Shown here: piece after piece, positions 23,207-32,518 of the stretch | Layout: the number at the start of each line of letters is the position of its first letter | Numbering within the stretch: position 1 is the stretch's first letter | Source: an uncultured Acidimicrobiales bacterium | Lineage (GTDB): Bacteria; Actinomycetota; Acidimicrobiia; Acidimicrobiales; RAAP-2 | Assembly (NCBI GenBank): GCA_963699105.1 | Contig: CAVOTI010000001.1 | Coordinates: 186,221 to 250,220 of the forward strand | DNA length: 64,000 bases | Direction: 5' to 3' | Program-made: the position numbers and the translations under genes | Notes under the pieces: generated by a model | What the model saw: the letters and a program-made list of their open reading frames with translations, nothing else | What the model was told of the DNA's origin: nothing | Database searches by the model: none

Positions 23207-25567
23207 TCACCCTGGTCCTGCGGGCTTCGCCCGGTGGCGTCGACGCCAGGTGATGAGGGACGCTATGACCAGCAGGATGAAGGTGCTGGCGGCTATGACC
23301 AGTCCGGCGGTGAACCGGCTGGGCCAGTAGCGCAGCTCGATGAGGTGTTTCCCCGGCGGGATGTGGGCCTGGAGCATCATGGAGAGGTAGGGCGCCAGTG
23401 CCAACGGTCGGCCATCGATGGTTGCTCGCCACCCGGGAACCGAGGCCACACGCAATCGGAGGACTTGGGGTGACGATGCATTCGTGACGAGGCGGACCTC
23501 CGAGGGACCCGGCCAATCGACTGGCACTGCTCTGCCGGGCGCGTCGGTCGACGGCCAGGCGGCAGACGAGGACTCGGGCACGAGCGTGGCGGTGGCGGCG
23601 CCGGGAATGCGGTAGAGCTCTTCATCTCCCACCCGGGTATCGAACACGCTGCCGGAGGGGCCGGTGGTGTCCGCTGGCTCGAGCACGTAGGAAATGCCGT
23701 AGCGGCGGGCGACGACGGCGCTGGGAATGGCCGGGGCGAAGTCGTAATAGGGGGCCAATCCCGCCGTTGTCCCGTTGGTCGGCGTCCACTCGGAGAACCA
23801 CGCCGATGGCGCAATGGGGTCGTACTCGGCGAATTCGTCGAGACCGTAGACGACGTTGGTGTTGGGAATCAACCCGAGGCCAAATCCGCCGGAGTACTTC
23901 GAGTAGTGGCCCAACCCTACGAGCGAGGAGCCGGCGGCTCGCTGCAGAGCAACGACCCCGGCGGTGTGGGGATACGGAGTCGACGACGACGCAGGCAGCG
24001 GCCCGTCGACGGCCACCAGGAACGCCGTCTGGCCCAGCAACAGCGATCCGGCGACCCCGAGCACCAGCCACGATGAACGCCGACCATGCCCCCGGCCTCG
24101 GCCCGATCGCCGGTCGGCCAGGACGAGTGTCCCCGATGCGGCGAGGCCCACGGCCGTGCAGATGCCGGGCCATAGGAAGCTACCGGCTCGGACATGCCCG
24201 GCAGTGAGCCAGATCAGGGCCAGGACTCCGGCAACGACCGCAAAAGCCCCGAGGGCCAACCGCCCGGCCCGTCGTCGCTCGGACGACCGGAGCACACCAT
24301 CGAGCCCGATGCCGGCCAACATCGAGATGCAGAAGGTGAGGGCGATGAACGATCGACCCCACCACGAGCCACCGATCAACGGGAGCTTGTTCAGGAGCGA
24401 GACGACGGGGTGGAGCGAGCTGGCGACGGCGGCGAAGGCGGCGGCGGCCAGAAGCCCGAATACTTCGGGAAGGCGCCAACGGATGGCAATGGCGACGCTG
24501 GCCAGAACAACGGCGATGGCTCCCACCCACACCCAGCCCTCCGGGGCGTTGAAGATGTAGCCGGCCAGAGCGTGGGACTGGTCCCAGAACTTCGGGAATA
24601 CCAGACCGAGCAATTGCGAGATCTTCTGGGCCGGCTGGTTCGAGCCGACCGTTTTCCGGATCGATGCACCTGCCAGTTGAAGACCGGGAAGGGCGAGTGG
24701 TGCGGCCAGGCCCGCTCCGACTATGCCGGCAATGATCAAATCGATGATGGGTCGTCGGATCTGTCCACGGCCGTGGAGGGCCCTCAGCCGGCTGAGCAGC
24801 ATCACCACGACGAACACGACGAGGGGAAGGAGGATCAGCACCTCGATCTGCGGGTTGCCGGCCAGGACGGAAAAGGCAAAAGCGACGGCGAACAACACGA
24901 TGGACGCGAAGCGATGCGTACCGCGCAAGATGAGGAGGACGGCGGCGAACTGCCAGCCCGCCCACGACATCACCGATATGTCCGGAAGCCCGAGGTAGGC
25001 GATCCAAGGACCGCTCAATATCCACGTGGTAGCGGCGAACGCACAGGCCATGGGGTGGAGCCGCAGCACTAGCCCGAAGAAGTAGGCGCCTGTCCCTCCG
25101 ACCACGAGTGAAACGAAGATCTGGACCCAGTAGACGGCCCGCAGCGGTGCCAGATAACTCACCAGAGCAGGAAGGCTGAAGACTCCGGATCCGAAGTTGA
25201 AGGCCAACGGCATCCCGATGGCCTCGTAGCGGGTCCACAGTGGGAGGTGCCCCTGATGAACCTGGGTCCAGGCCAGGGTGATCCATGGGGTGACCTCGGT
25301 GACCGGATCGGTACTGAGCAAGATGTGGGGCATCGCTCCTGAGCGTGCTGTCAAGCCGTATCCCGAGAGCACGTAGTACGTACCGAAATACAACCCATGC
25401 ATGAGGGTTGGGACCAATGCCAGGCCGGCGGCGACCACCACCCAGAGGATGCCGAAGATGTCGAGCCAGGGTGAGCGACCGACGCCAGCTCTCGTGCCCC
25501 TGTCCGTGGCCGAAGGCCCCTCGGTGGCTGGCAGCGCCTCCGATGAACGAGTCACGCTGGCCGCCAT
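23207..25567 (-). CDS. Large polytopic membrane protein, YfhO-like putative glycosyltransferase
   Basis: Intact 786 aa. More than 12 predicted TM helices in the N-terminal two-thirds and a soluble C-terminal domain. LWTRYEAIGMPLAFNFGSGVFSLPALVSYL resembles the YfhO signature. The family call was made by eye. Confidence 0.55.
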   Translation of the reverse strand: MAASVTRSSEALPATEGPSATDRGTRAGVGRSPWLDIFGILWVVVAAGLALVPTLMHGLYFGTYYVLSGYGLTARSGAMPHILLSTDPVTEVTPWITLAWTQVHQGHLPLWTRYEAIGMPLAFNFGSGVFSLPALVSYLAPLRAVYWVQIFVSLVVGGTGAYFFGLVLRLHPMACAFAATTWILSGPWIAYLGLPDISVMSWAGWQFAAVLLILRGTHRFASIVLFAVAFAFSVLAGNPQIEVLILLPLVVFVVVMLLSRLRALHGRGQIRRPIIDLIIAGIVGAGLAAPLALPGLQLAGASIRKTVGSNQPAQKISQLLGLVFPKFWDQSHALAGYIFNAPEGWVWVGAIAVVLASVAIAIRWRLPEVFGLLAAAAFAAVASSLHPVVSLLNKLPLIGGSWWGRSFIALTFCISMLAGIGLDGVLRSSERRRAGRLALGAFAVVAGVLALIWLTAGHVRAGSFLWPGICTAVGLAASGTLVLADRRSGRGRGHGRRSSWLVLGVAGSLLLGQTAFLVAVDGPLPASSSTPYPHTAGVVALQRAAGSSLVGLGHYSKYSGGFGLGLIPNTNVVYGLDEFAEYDPIAPSAWFSEWTPTNGTTAGLAPYYDFAPAIPSAVVARRYGISYVLEPADTTGPSGSVFDTRVGDEELYRIPGAATATLVPESSSAAWPSTDAPGRAVPVDWPGPSEVRLVTNASSPQVLRLRVASVPGWRATIDGRPLALAPYLSMMLQAHIPPGKHLIELRYWPSRFTAGLVIAASTFILLVIASLITWRRRHRAKPAGPG

Positions 25568-25890
25568 GACGCCAGAACATTAGTCGCCTGCACTTTCAGC
25601 TGCATCCGGGAACGCAGCAGGCGGCGGGGTGCGACTCTCAAATCTCTAAGTGAGGGGATCGACCCCACGGGCGAGCGAGATCAGTTCGGTTCCAGATACG
25701 TCTCGAGCCCGACGACGCTCGGCAGAGGTGAGATTTTCCCGGGAGACCAACAACCGGAGACCCCGAGGATGGATTGCCAACGTCAGAAGGAAGGGGGGCA
25801 TCTCAAACTCCCATTGGTGCCCGCTCATCTGGCCCGGTCCATGACCGCGATCACGGAAACCGCCGCCACCGGTATTCAGGGGCGGTGCGA

Positions 25891-27156
25891 CTACGAAAAG
25901 AGCCACCGCTTGTCGCTGAGCGGTCGTGAACCTCCAATTCGGACTCCGCGGCGTGTGACCAGCATGGCGGCGATGCCGATCACAAAGAGAATCATGCCGA
26001 GCGTGTAGGAGTTCCCCAACAACATTTGGCCGAACGAGTCACGGAGCTCTATGCCGTTCCCATGTGGCGTGCGCCATATGACCCCGTACCAAAACCAGAC
26101 GACGGCCAGCGCAGCCCAACATCTCCCGAAGGCAGGGCGGTCATCGGCAAGGCTCAGCCAGAGGACGATCGGGGCGACCCAAACCAGATGGTGGCTCCAG
26201 GTAATCGGGGACACGATGAGGCCGGTGACGGCGCAGACCAGAACGCCCAGTACGACCGACGAGGTTCGATACGCCCATGCTGCCACCCACAGACCGACGC
26301 CCCCGGCGAACAGTATCGCCACCACGATCAGGCTCTGCGGGGCGTGAGCATGAGTGAATCTGACGATGGCGCTTCGGAGGCTCTGGTTGGAGATGAAAAC
26401 GACACCTCCGACCCGATGGGCGTCGAAAATGTACCGGGTCCAATAGGAGCGCGACTCCGAGGGAACGACGATGGTCATCCCGATTCCGCACGCCACGAAC
26501 GTACCGAGGGCCACGCACCCCGCACGGATCTGTCTGGTGATGAAGAGAAAGAGCACAAAGATGAGGGGGGTCACCTTGAGGGCGGCCGCCAAGCCCGTCA
26601 TCAAGCCCCTGGGGAGTTGGTGTCCGGCAATGGAATATCTCCCAGTCAGATCGGCTAGGACGAGAAGGGCCAGCAGGAGATTGATTTGACCGAAGCTGAA
26701 GGTCATGGCGATCGGATTCAGAACCGCCACGGGAAATGTGAGCACGAGAGCGGCAAGAGCGACGTCGATCGGCGACCAGTCCGGACGGATCGCATGCAGC
26801 GATACGGCAAGAAATATGACCAAGACGATCACGGATACCACCGCCCACGCGACCTGAGCCCCAGTTTGAGAGAGGGCGCGGAGCGGGATGAAGAAGAGTG
26901 CGGCGACCGGAGGGTAGGTGAAGGGTTCGCGGGGGCTCGCCACATACGTCGTATAGAGATGGCCCGTGAAGATCTGATGGGCTCCCATCAAATAGACCCC
27001 CAGATCGACTTCGTGCTCCGTGACGGCGATGTAGACGACGCGGGCCACCGTGCCTGCCACGGAAATGGCACCCAGTATCCAAAGCAATGCGCGGACTGGC
27101 CGACCATCGAACAGACGAGGATGTTCGCCGGATTTACGATTCGGTGTCGCCGTCAT
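25891..27156 (-). CDS. GT87 / DUF2029 family membrane mannosyltransferase-like protein
   Basis: Intact 421 aa. DLGVYLMGAHQIFTGHLYT...FTYPPVAALFFIPL and LKVTPLIFVLFL are typical of the PimE/GT87 family. It is polytopic. Confidence 0.7.
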   Translation of the reverse strand: MTATPNRKSGEHPRLFDGRPVRALLWILGAISVAGTVARVVYIAVTEHEVDLGVYLMGAHQIFTGHLYTTYVASPREPFTYPPVAALFFIPLRALSQTGAQVAWAVVSVIVLVIFLAVSLHAIRPDWSPIDVALAALVLTFPVAVLNPIAMTFSFGQINLLLALLVLADLTGRYSIAGHQLPRGLMTGLAAALKVTPLIFVLFLFITRQIRAGCVALGTFVACGIGMTIVVPSESRSYWTRYIFDAHRVGGVVFISNQSLRSAIVRFTHAHAPQSLIVVAILFAGGVGLWVAAWAYRTSSVVLGVLVCAVTGLIVSPITWSHHLVWVAPIVLWLSLADDRPAFGRCWAALAVVWFWYGVIWRTPHGNGIELRDSFGQMLLGNSYTLGMILFVIGIAAMLVTRRGVRIGGSRPLSDKRWLFS

Positions 27157-27686
27157 TGGCCCCGTTGGTAACTGGTCATGTGGGATGTGAGTGGAGTCGA
27201 GTCCGGCGACACAGGCCGACGGAACTCGACGGAGCGTTCGTCGATGAAGCTAGCGGGAGGTACGGACTCGGTCCATATGGAGGCCGGGCTGGATGTCCCG
27301 CTCGCCGAGAGCCCGATGACCAGCGGACCGAGCCGGTGGGCGGAACGACTGATTGCAGGTGGTGCGAGGTGTCGGAGGGGATGAAGCCGTTCTCCCACCG
27401 GCGGCTGTCTCCTCGGACGGGTGCTCAACCGACTCGAGGGACGCTGGGCGCCCGACCCCTCCCTGACAACCGCCTCTGCCCCGATCTCTCGCAGTTCCTT
27501 CCGACTCGACCGATCCGACTCTAGGACCTCAGCCAAAGATCCCAAAGCGTTTTGACAGCTTCATCCGGCCAGAGACCTCCCTCGGGTTCAGACACGGCTT
27601 TCCTACGTCAAGTTGCGGCTCTGGTGATCATCCTCGACCGAAAAGGGGGTGGCTGATGCCGTAACCGGGCCGTCAACCGAAGAGGG

Positions 27687-27986
27687 TCACTGATTGAGGT
27701 TGTTCACGCACGTGTCGCCATGCGCATTGCTGTTCGTCCCGTCCGGACAGGTTGTATTTTCCCAAATTACTGTGGTCAGATCCTCGGGGAGGGCGGCGCC
27801 TGTCAGATTGGCGTCAGTGAAGTCCGTGTCGGTCAGGTTTGCTGAATCGAAGTCCGTGTCAGTCAGGTTCGCTCCAAAGAAGTAGGCATTAGTGAGATCT
27901 GAGCCAACGAACTGGGCCCCAGACGCACTGACATCGTCGAAAGCGGCACCGGTGAGCTCGCTGTAGGAGAGAACGGTATTCGTCAA
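27687..27986 (-). CDS. Pentapeptide-repeat protein
   Basis: A(D/N)LT-type pentads are present: GANLTDTDFDSANLTDTDFTDANLTGAAL. Cys-containing tail TTCPDGTNSNAHGDTCVNN. The N-terminus is uncertain. Confidence 0.7.
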   Translation of the reverse strand: MTNTVLSYSELTGAAFDDVSASGAQFVGSDLTNAYFFGANLTDTDFDSANLTDTDFTDANLTGAALPEDLTTVIWENTTCPDGTNSNAHGDTCVNNLNQ

Positions 27987-28143
27987 GTTTGCGCAGTCCT
28001 CTATTCGAGAGTCGGGATCAGCCTCACCTACGACCCTGAACTGCGGAAGTCACTGCCAAAGCGCGCGCCGAGCAGAACGTGTCGGAGGAGGAACGTCCGC
28101 ACTCTGCGACTGGGGGCTGCAGCCGTTGACCATTTCAGGTGCT

Positions 28144-29202
28144 TCACTCGTTGTCCGGCGGACATGGCACTCCGGCCAGTGCCACCAGATTGCAGAAGGT
28201 GGAACGAGCCACCTTCCAGACGCCATCGACCAAGACCGCATCGCCCCGATGACGAGTCAGCATCGTTCGTCCATCGGCCATGATGGAGAACAGCACGGCG
28301 GCATGGTCGGGATCGAGGAATACAATCTCATCGACCAAGGTGACGACCTCGGCATCCGGCGGCACCACGCCGAGCCGTCGTTCCTTGGCGGCTACTAGCA
28401 TAGGGCCGAGTGTCTCGCCTCTCTCCACTGTGGGCACCGACTGACCATCCTCACTCTCGGTACCGCTGCCGGCGAAGGCAGCTCGGATGGCCAGTTCAGC
28501 ACTCTGGACGTTCTCCGGTGCCGCGCCGACCTCTGGGGGCCAGCCTTGGAACACAAATGACGACCGAGTTCGCAGTGTCCTGACTGCCCCCAGCCGGCCG
28601 TACCAGTCCCCGGATGCATTGCTCACAGATGAAGGCATCGGTGCCTGATATCACCCGGCCCGATTCCGGCGGTACCCTGCCGCAGAACGAACAGGTCACA
28701 AACCCGGCACCGGAAACGGGCCGTCGTGGGAGTGAAGTTGGTTCCCGGCCGATGGGGTCGTCACCCTCGTGTACGGAGAGGATCTGGATGACCTGCTGAC
28801 GTACTCGGGGAAGATCGGCACCCGGGCTTGCCAGCACCTGGGCGCCGACACCCTCTCCTCTCGGACGATGCCGAGCAGAATATGCTCTGTTCCGATGTGG
28901 GTGTCACCAAGCTGGAGCGCCTCTCGGAGGGAAAGTTCCAGGACCTTCTTTGCTCGGGGTGTGAAGGGTGGAGATCCCAGTGGTTGGCCGCCAGAGAACC
29001 CGATTGTCTCTTCGACCTTTTCTCTGACCGCCACCAGGGAGATGCCGAGGTCCGAAAGGGCCCGGGCCGCGACCCCCTCGCCCTCTTGGATCAGGCCGAG
29101 GAGCAGGTGCTCACTCCCAATGAAGTTGTGATTGAGTAGGCGGGCCTCCTCTTGGGCCAGGACCAAGATCCGCCGAGCGCGGTCGGTGAATCGCTCGAAC
29201 AT
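28144..29202 (-). CDS. Clp_N (ClpC-type double repeat) + ClpX-type C4 zinc finger + unknown C-terminal domain; two frameshifts
   Basis: MFERFTDRARRILVLAQEEARLLNHNFIGSEHLLLGLI...FTPRAKKVLELSLREALQLGDTHIGTEHILLGIVRE (ORF 28696..29202). Then CSFCGRVPPESGRVISGTDAFICEQCI (ORF 28496..28837). Then a 150-aa tail (ORF 28144..28638). Confidence 0.7.
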
Positions 29203-29443
29203 GCGCCCGGCCTTTCACCCCATGAGGCGGCCCGCCCACAGCCGAGCCGGCTCCGGTTCGAGCGATGCGGGCTCGGGGCGAGGCTCGATCTGCGGCCGAC
29301 CACCCGGAGTCTCCATCGAATCCTTCTCCCCGGACGGCTGCTCAACCGATTTGTGGGGCATCGGCGCCCTACAGGTTGTTGGATCGAGCATGTTAGATTC
29401 CCTTCTCCGAGAAATAGTAATGGGCGAGAAAGGCTGGTTACCC

Positions 29444-30055
29444 ATGTTCAAGCTTCGAGCCAAGGTGGGCGCAATTGTCATCGGTTCGGCGATTCTCTGC
29501 GGCACATCGATCGCAATGACCACTGAGGCGGTCACCGCCGCCGCAACGCCCCCCGGTGGCTTGGTCAAGTTCTGGGTTACACAATCGACCAATGATGAGG
29601 CGGGGGCCATTGTCATCACGGGCGCTGTTGGTGACTACGGCACGGTGGCAACCGTAAACAGGGAGGGCCAGCCCGATCAGAGTGGCAACTGGGCCCTGGT
29701 CACGCTACAGAAAGGCACCTTCATGGTGAACGAGACGAGTTTCGACAAGAAGGCGAGCAAGACTTCGTTCCCCATCAAAAAGACAAGCTGCTCGTCGGAG
29801 GGAACGGCCTACGGTTCGGTGAGCCTCTCGGACGGAACCGGCCATTACACGGGAATCTCTGGGCACCTGAGCTTCTCCGAGACTGATGCCTGGATTCTCG
29901 CACGAACGGGGAGCGGAAGCACATGCAGCAATGACGATGTCCTCCATTACTTCGCGCTGCAATTGGAGCGGGAACGGTATCGTTCTGAGTCGAGCTCGGC
30001 CTCATGGGATTCTTCGTGCCGACAACGGCATGGGACATACCCCCACTCACGCTGA
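29444..30055 (+). CDS. Hypothetical secreted protein
   Basis: Signal-like N-terminus MFKLRAKVGAIVIGSAILCGTSIAMTTEAVTAAA. The alternative start is 29420. The C-terminal ~30 aa look out of frame. Confidence 0.45.
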   Translation: MFKLRAKVGAIVIGSAILCGTSIAMTTEAVTAAATPPGGLVKFWVTQSTNDEAGAIVITGAVGDYGTVATVNREGQPDQSGNWALVTLQKGTFMVNETSFDKKASKTSFPIKKTSCSSEGTAYGSVSLSDGTGHYTGISGHLSFSETDAWILARTGSGSTCSNDDVLHYFALQLERERYRSESSSASWDSSCRQRHGTYPHSR

Positions 30056-30337
30056 AGAATGCCGGTCAGACGTGCGTTGTCGACCATCTGAATCGGTTCT
30101 AGGCTCGCTCGCACTCCCGGCCCGACTGCCCTGACCATTCCTTGCCGCCGAGTTGCTCGGGTGAGCGACGTCATAGACGGCCCTTGCCAGGGAACAGCCG
30201 GCGCGGTTCGGCGGCGATCTCCTCGGAGTCACTCCATGCAAATCCGACAGCCGCCAAGATGGCTCACACTTGGCTGTGTCAAAAACCCCGGTAGAAACTG
30301 GCAGAAAACCGGAATTGTCTGACACCGGTGGTTGTTG

Positions 30338-30390
30338 GTGTCGGAGGGGGGACTTGAACCCCCACGCCCTTGCGGGCACTAGCCCCTCAA
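30338..30390. repeat. att site: displaced 3' half of tRNA-Leu, an exact copy of 43450-43502
   Basis: The 53 nt GTGTCGGAGGGGGGACTTGAACCCCCACGCCCTTGCGGGCACTAGCCCCTCAA are identical at both sites. The flanks diverge immediately. Confidence 0.95.
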
Positions 30391-30503
30391 CTGTGAATGG
30401 CCAATTTCCCTACCAGGCCAAATGCGGACAATGTCCGCTTATGCAGGGAGAACGGCCTACCGCTCGCGACGGTTGCTGCCACTTGCTGCCAGGTCGGGCG
30501 CGC

Positions 30504-31058
30504 ATGATCGCGCACGGATACGCGCACGCAGTCGGGGCGTCATACTGGAAGTTGTACGGTCGGACCGTGAGCCCGATGTCGAAGTACCTGACGCCGGCCT
30601 ATCCCCAGGACGGGTCGCCGGAAGATCGGATGGCGCAGTTCGAGGACCTAGTGATCGGTGATCTCCGAGCGCAACTCCGGCTCGGCCACCAAGCGGCCTC
30701 GGTCGCCATCCGCGACCTCGACAGCTTCGACGAGTGGGACCTCGCTCTAGACGAGGACGTAATGGCTACGGTGAGATTCACGGTGGAGGGTGAACCCAGC
30801 GAGGCGGTCATCCCGTTGTCAGACATGGGCACCATCCTCGACGGCAACCAGGCCGAAGTTGGATTAGTCGATATCGCTGCTCCCTCTCCCTTACCCGCGG
30901 TCTGGTTCGCACTCGCAGTCAGTGGCGACTATGTCATCGTGGCAAGAGACACGCATGGGTTTGGACTTCTGGCACGGTCCACGGCACCTGGGCCTGATGG
31001 CAAGGCTTTCGGTGAGTGGTTGCAGGCTTGGTCAGAGCGATCCGGTGTCCCAGGGTGA
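30504..31058 (+). CDS. Hypothetical protein (element, att-distal end)
   Basis: Part of ORF 30270..31058, taken from the first Met inside the element (MIAHGYAH...). An alternative start is MSKYLTPAYPQDG. I recognise no family. Confidence 0.4.
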   Translation: MIAHGYAHAVGASYWKLYGRTVSPMSKYLTPAYPQDGSPEDRMAQFEDLVIGDLRAQLRLGHQAASVAIRDLDSFDEWDLALDEDVMATVRFTVEGEPSEAVIPLSDMGTILDGNQAEVGLVDIAAPSPLPAVWFALAVSGDYVIVARDTHGFGLLARSTAPGPDGKAFGEWLQAWSERSGVPG

Positions 31059-31719
31059 ACCGGAGACGGGAAAGGCAATCGGCCGCTTGGTTTCAGAATA
31101 TGGTGACGGGCCTCCAAATCGAAAGGCATCCCACTTAGTTAACAGCATCCGATTCGGGACCATCATGGACTGGCTCTCGGCAAGTGACCCGCCGGTCTGG
31201 GTGGTCGTGACCACCGGAGGCAAGACGAAGGCTCAGTCTCGAGAAGCAAAAGAACCTAAGGGTTCGCTGGCGGAGAAAATCGTGGATGGGCTCAGCATCG
31301 AAGCCTACGGTGCAAAGCGAGAGGGCCTGCCCACTGCCAAGGACTGGTCGAAGCGCTACACGGCGGATGAGCGGGAACCGGGTGCTGCCGACTCCAACCT
31401 TGTCTACGAGAGCGAGGACGCGGCCAGTCTGCTCGAGCGCTCATCCGGGAGAGCCCAGGTCGCCGGCGAGTGGACCCTCCAACAGCTTGCACCTGACCCG
31501 ACAGGCGAGCTGATCGCTGGTGTGATGAACCTCAGCACCTCCGTACCGGTCTCCGTGGCCCACGGTATCAACCCTCAATCACAGATTGCTCTCTGGCTTG
31601 AGGCCAAGCTGAGCCCCCGAGAACTGGCGGTGCAATATCTCGACCAGCTCGGGTATTCGGATGCCCAAATCGGTCACGCGTGTCGAAGATTGCCCGTTCG
31701 ACGGTGGCCACGTGCTTGA
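31044..31719 (+). CDS. Hypothetical protein
   Basis: ORF 30922..31719. The GTG at ~31044 is the first plausible start not deeply overlapping the previous gene. No motif recognised. Confidence 0.4.
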
Positions 31720-31809
31720 GCAGAGCCCGACGGAAAATCGAAACTTATCGAAATCCACTGTAGGCAAAATGCCCGATCGGTTCCCTTTGGTAGTTAGGAG
31801 GCACCCCCC

Positions 31810-31995
31810 ATGAGTGACATTCGAGTAGCAATCCTGGTTGGTGACCAGGTGGTCGCCACCAGCGATGACCTAGCCGCCGTGAGAGTTAGTGCAGGGATGA
31901 TGGCCCGAGCCAATACGGAGTCCGATCCGGTGCTCTGGCCAATTGCGGAAGGACGTCGAGAGGCGTGCCGGCGGATAGCCATGGCTGAAGTCTGA
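31810..31995 (+). CDS. Small hypothetical protein
   Basis: 61 aa. A strong AGGAGG Shine-Dalgarno sequence lies 9 nt upstream of the ATG. Confidence 0.45.
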   Translation: MSDIRVAILVGDQVVATSDDLAAVRVSAGMMARANTESDPVLWPIAEGRREACRRIAMAEV

Positions 31996-32091
31996 CCTAG
32001 CCCCCATCCGGCTGGCTTGGCCCAGCCGCCATCCCCGATTCGCATTCGCAGACCGCCTTCGGGCGGTCTTTTTCGCGCCCTGGAGGTGAAG

Positions 32092-32451
32092 ATGCCCGCA
32101 GAACTCTTGACCGACCAGGACCTCGCTGATCGTTGGCAGGTGACTCTTCGCAAGATTCGAGAAATGCGGGCCAGGCGCGAGCTGGAGTTCGTATCGATCG
32201 GCAAGTCGCCCAGGTATCGCCTGGAAGTAGTCGAAGCGTACGAAGCGGCAAACACGGTGACCGCAAAACGAGGCCCCCTGGCCCACGCTGATGAATCCCC
32301 AAAGGAGACGAAGGAAATGATCCCCCACGCGAAGGCGACCGGGCGGACACCCGGTCGGACCTTCAAGCAGCTACAACTACCGCACCTAAGTCTACCGCCC
32401 ATGAGGCATTCGAGTGGCTCCAATTCCTTGAGGATGAGTTTGTTGAGCTGA
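32092..32451 (+). CDS. Excisionase / AlpA-like helix-turn-helix DNA-binding protein
   Basis: MPAELLTDQDLADRWQVTLRKIREMRARRELEFVSIGKSPRYRLEVVEAYE matches the HTH_17 / Xis pattern. The C-terminal tail is low complexity. Confidence 0.55.
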   Translation: MPAELLTDQDLADRWQVTLRKIREMRARRELEFVSIGKSPRYRLEVVEAYEAANTVTAKRGPLAHADESPKETKEMIPHAKATGRTPGRTFKQLQLPHLSLPPMRHSSGSNSLRMSLLS

Positions 32452-32518
32452 GGACACGGATGGCCTGCGCAGCCTGTTCTACTCCCCCACCACCAACACC
32501 GCGGTGGCCAGGTGATCC

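Noticed and set aside
27153-27545. 130-aa ORF whose stop overlaps the GT87 start (ATGA)
   Set aside because: The coupling is suggestive. However, the translation is Arg/Ser/Pro-rich and low-complexity, and an equally long plus-strand ORF overlaps it. Evidence is insufficient to call a gene.
30338-30390. A second tRNA gene
   Set aside because: Only the 3' half is present (variable arm, T-arm and acceptor 3' strand). There is no D-arm or anticodon arm upstream, so it is the displaced att copy.
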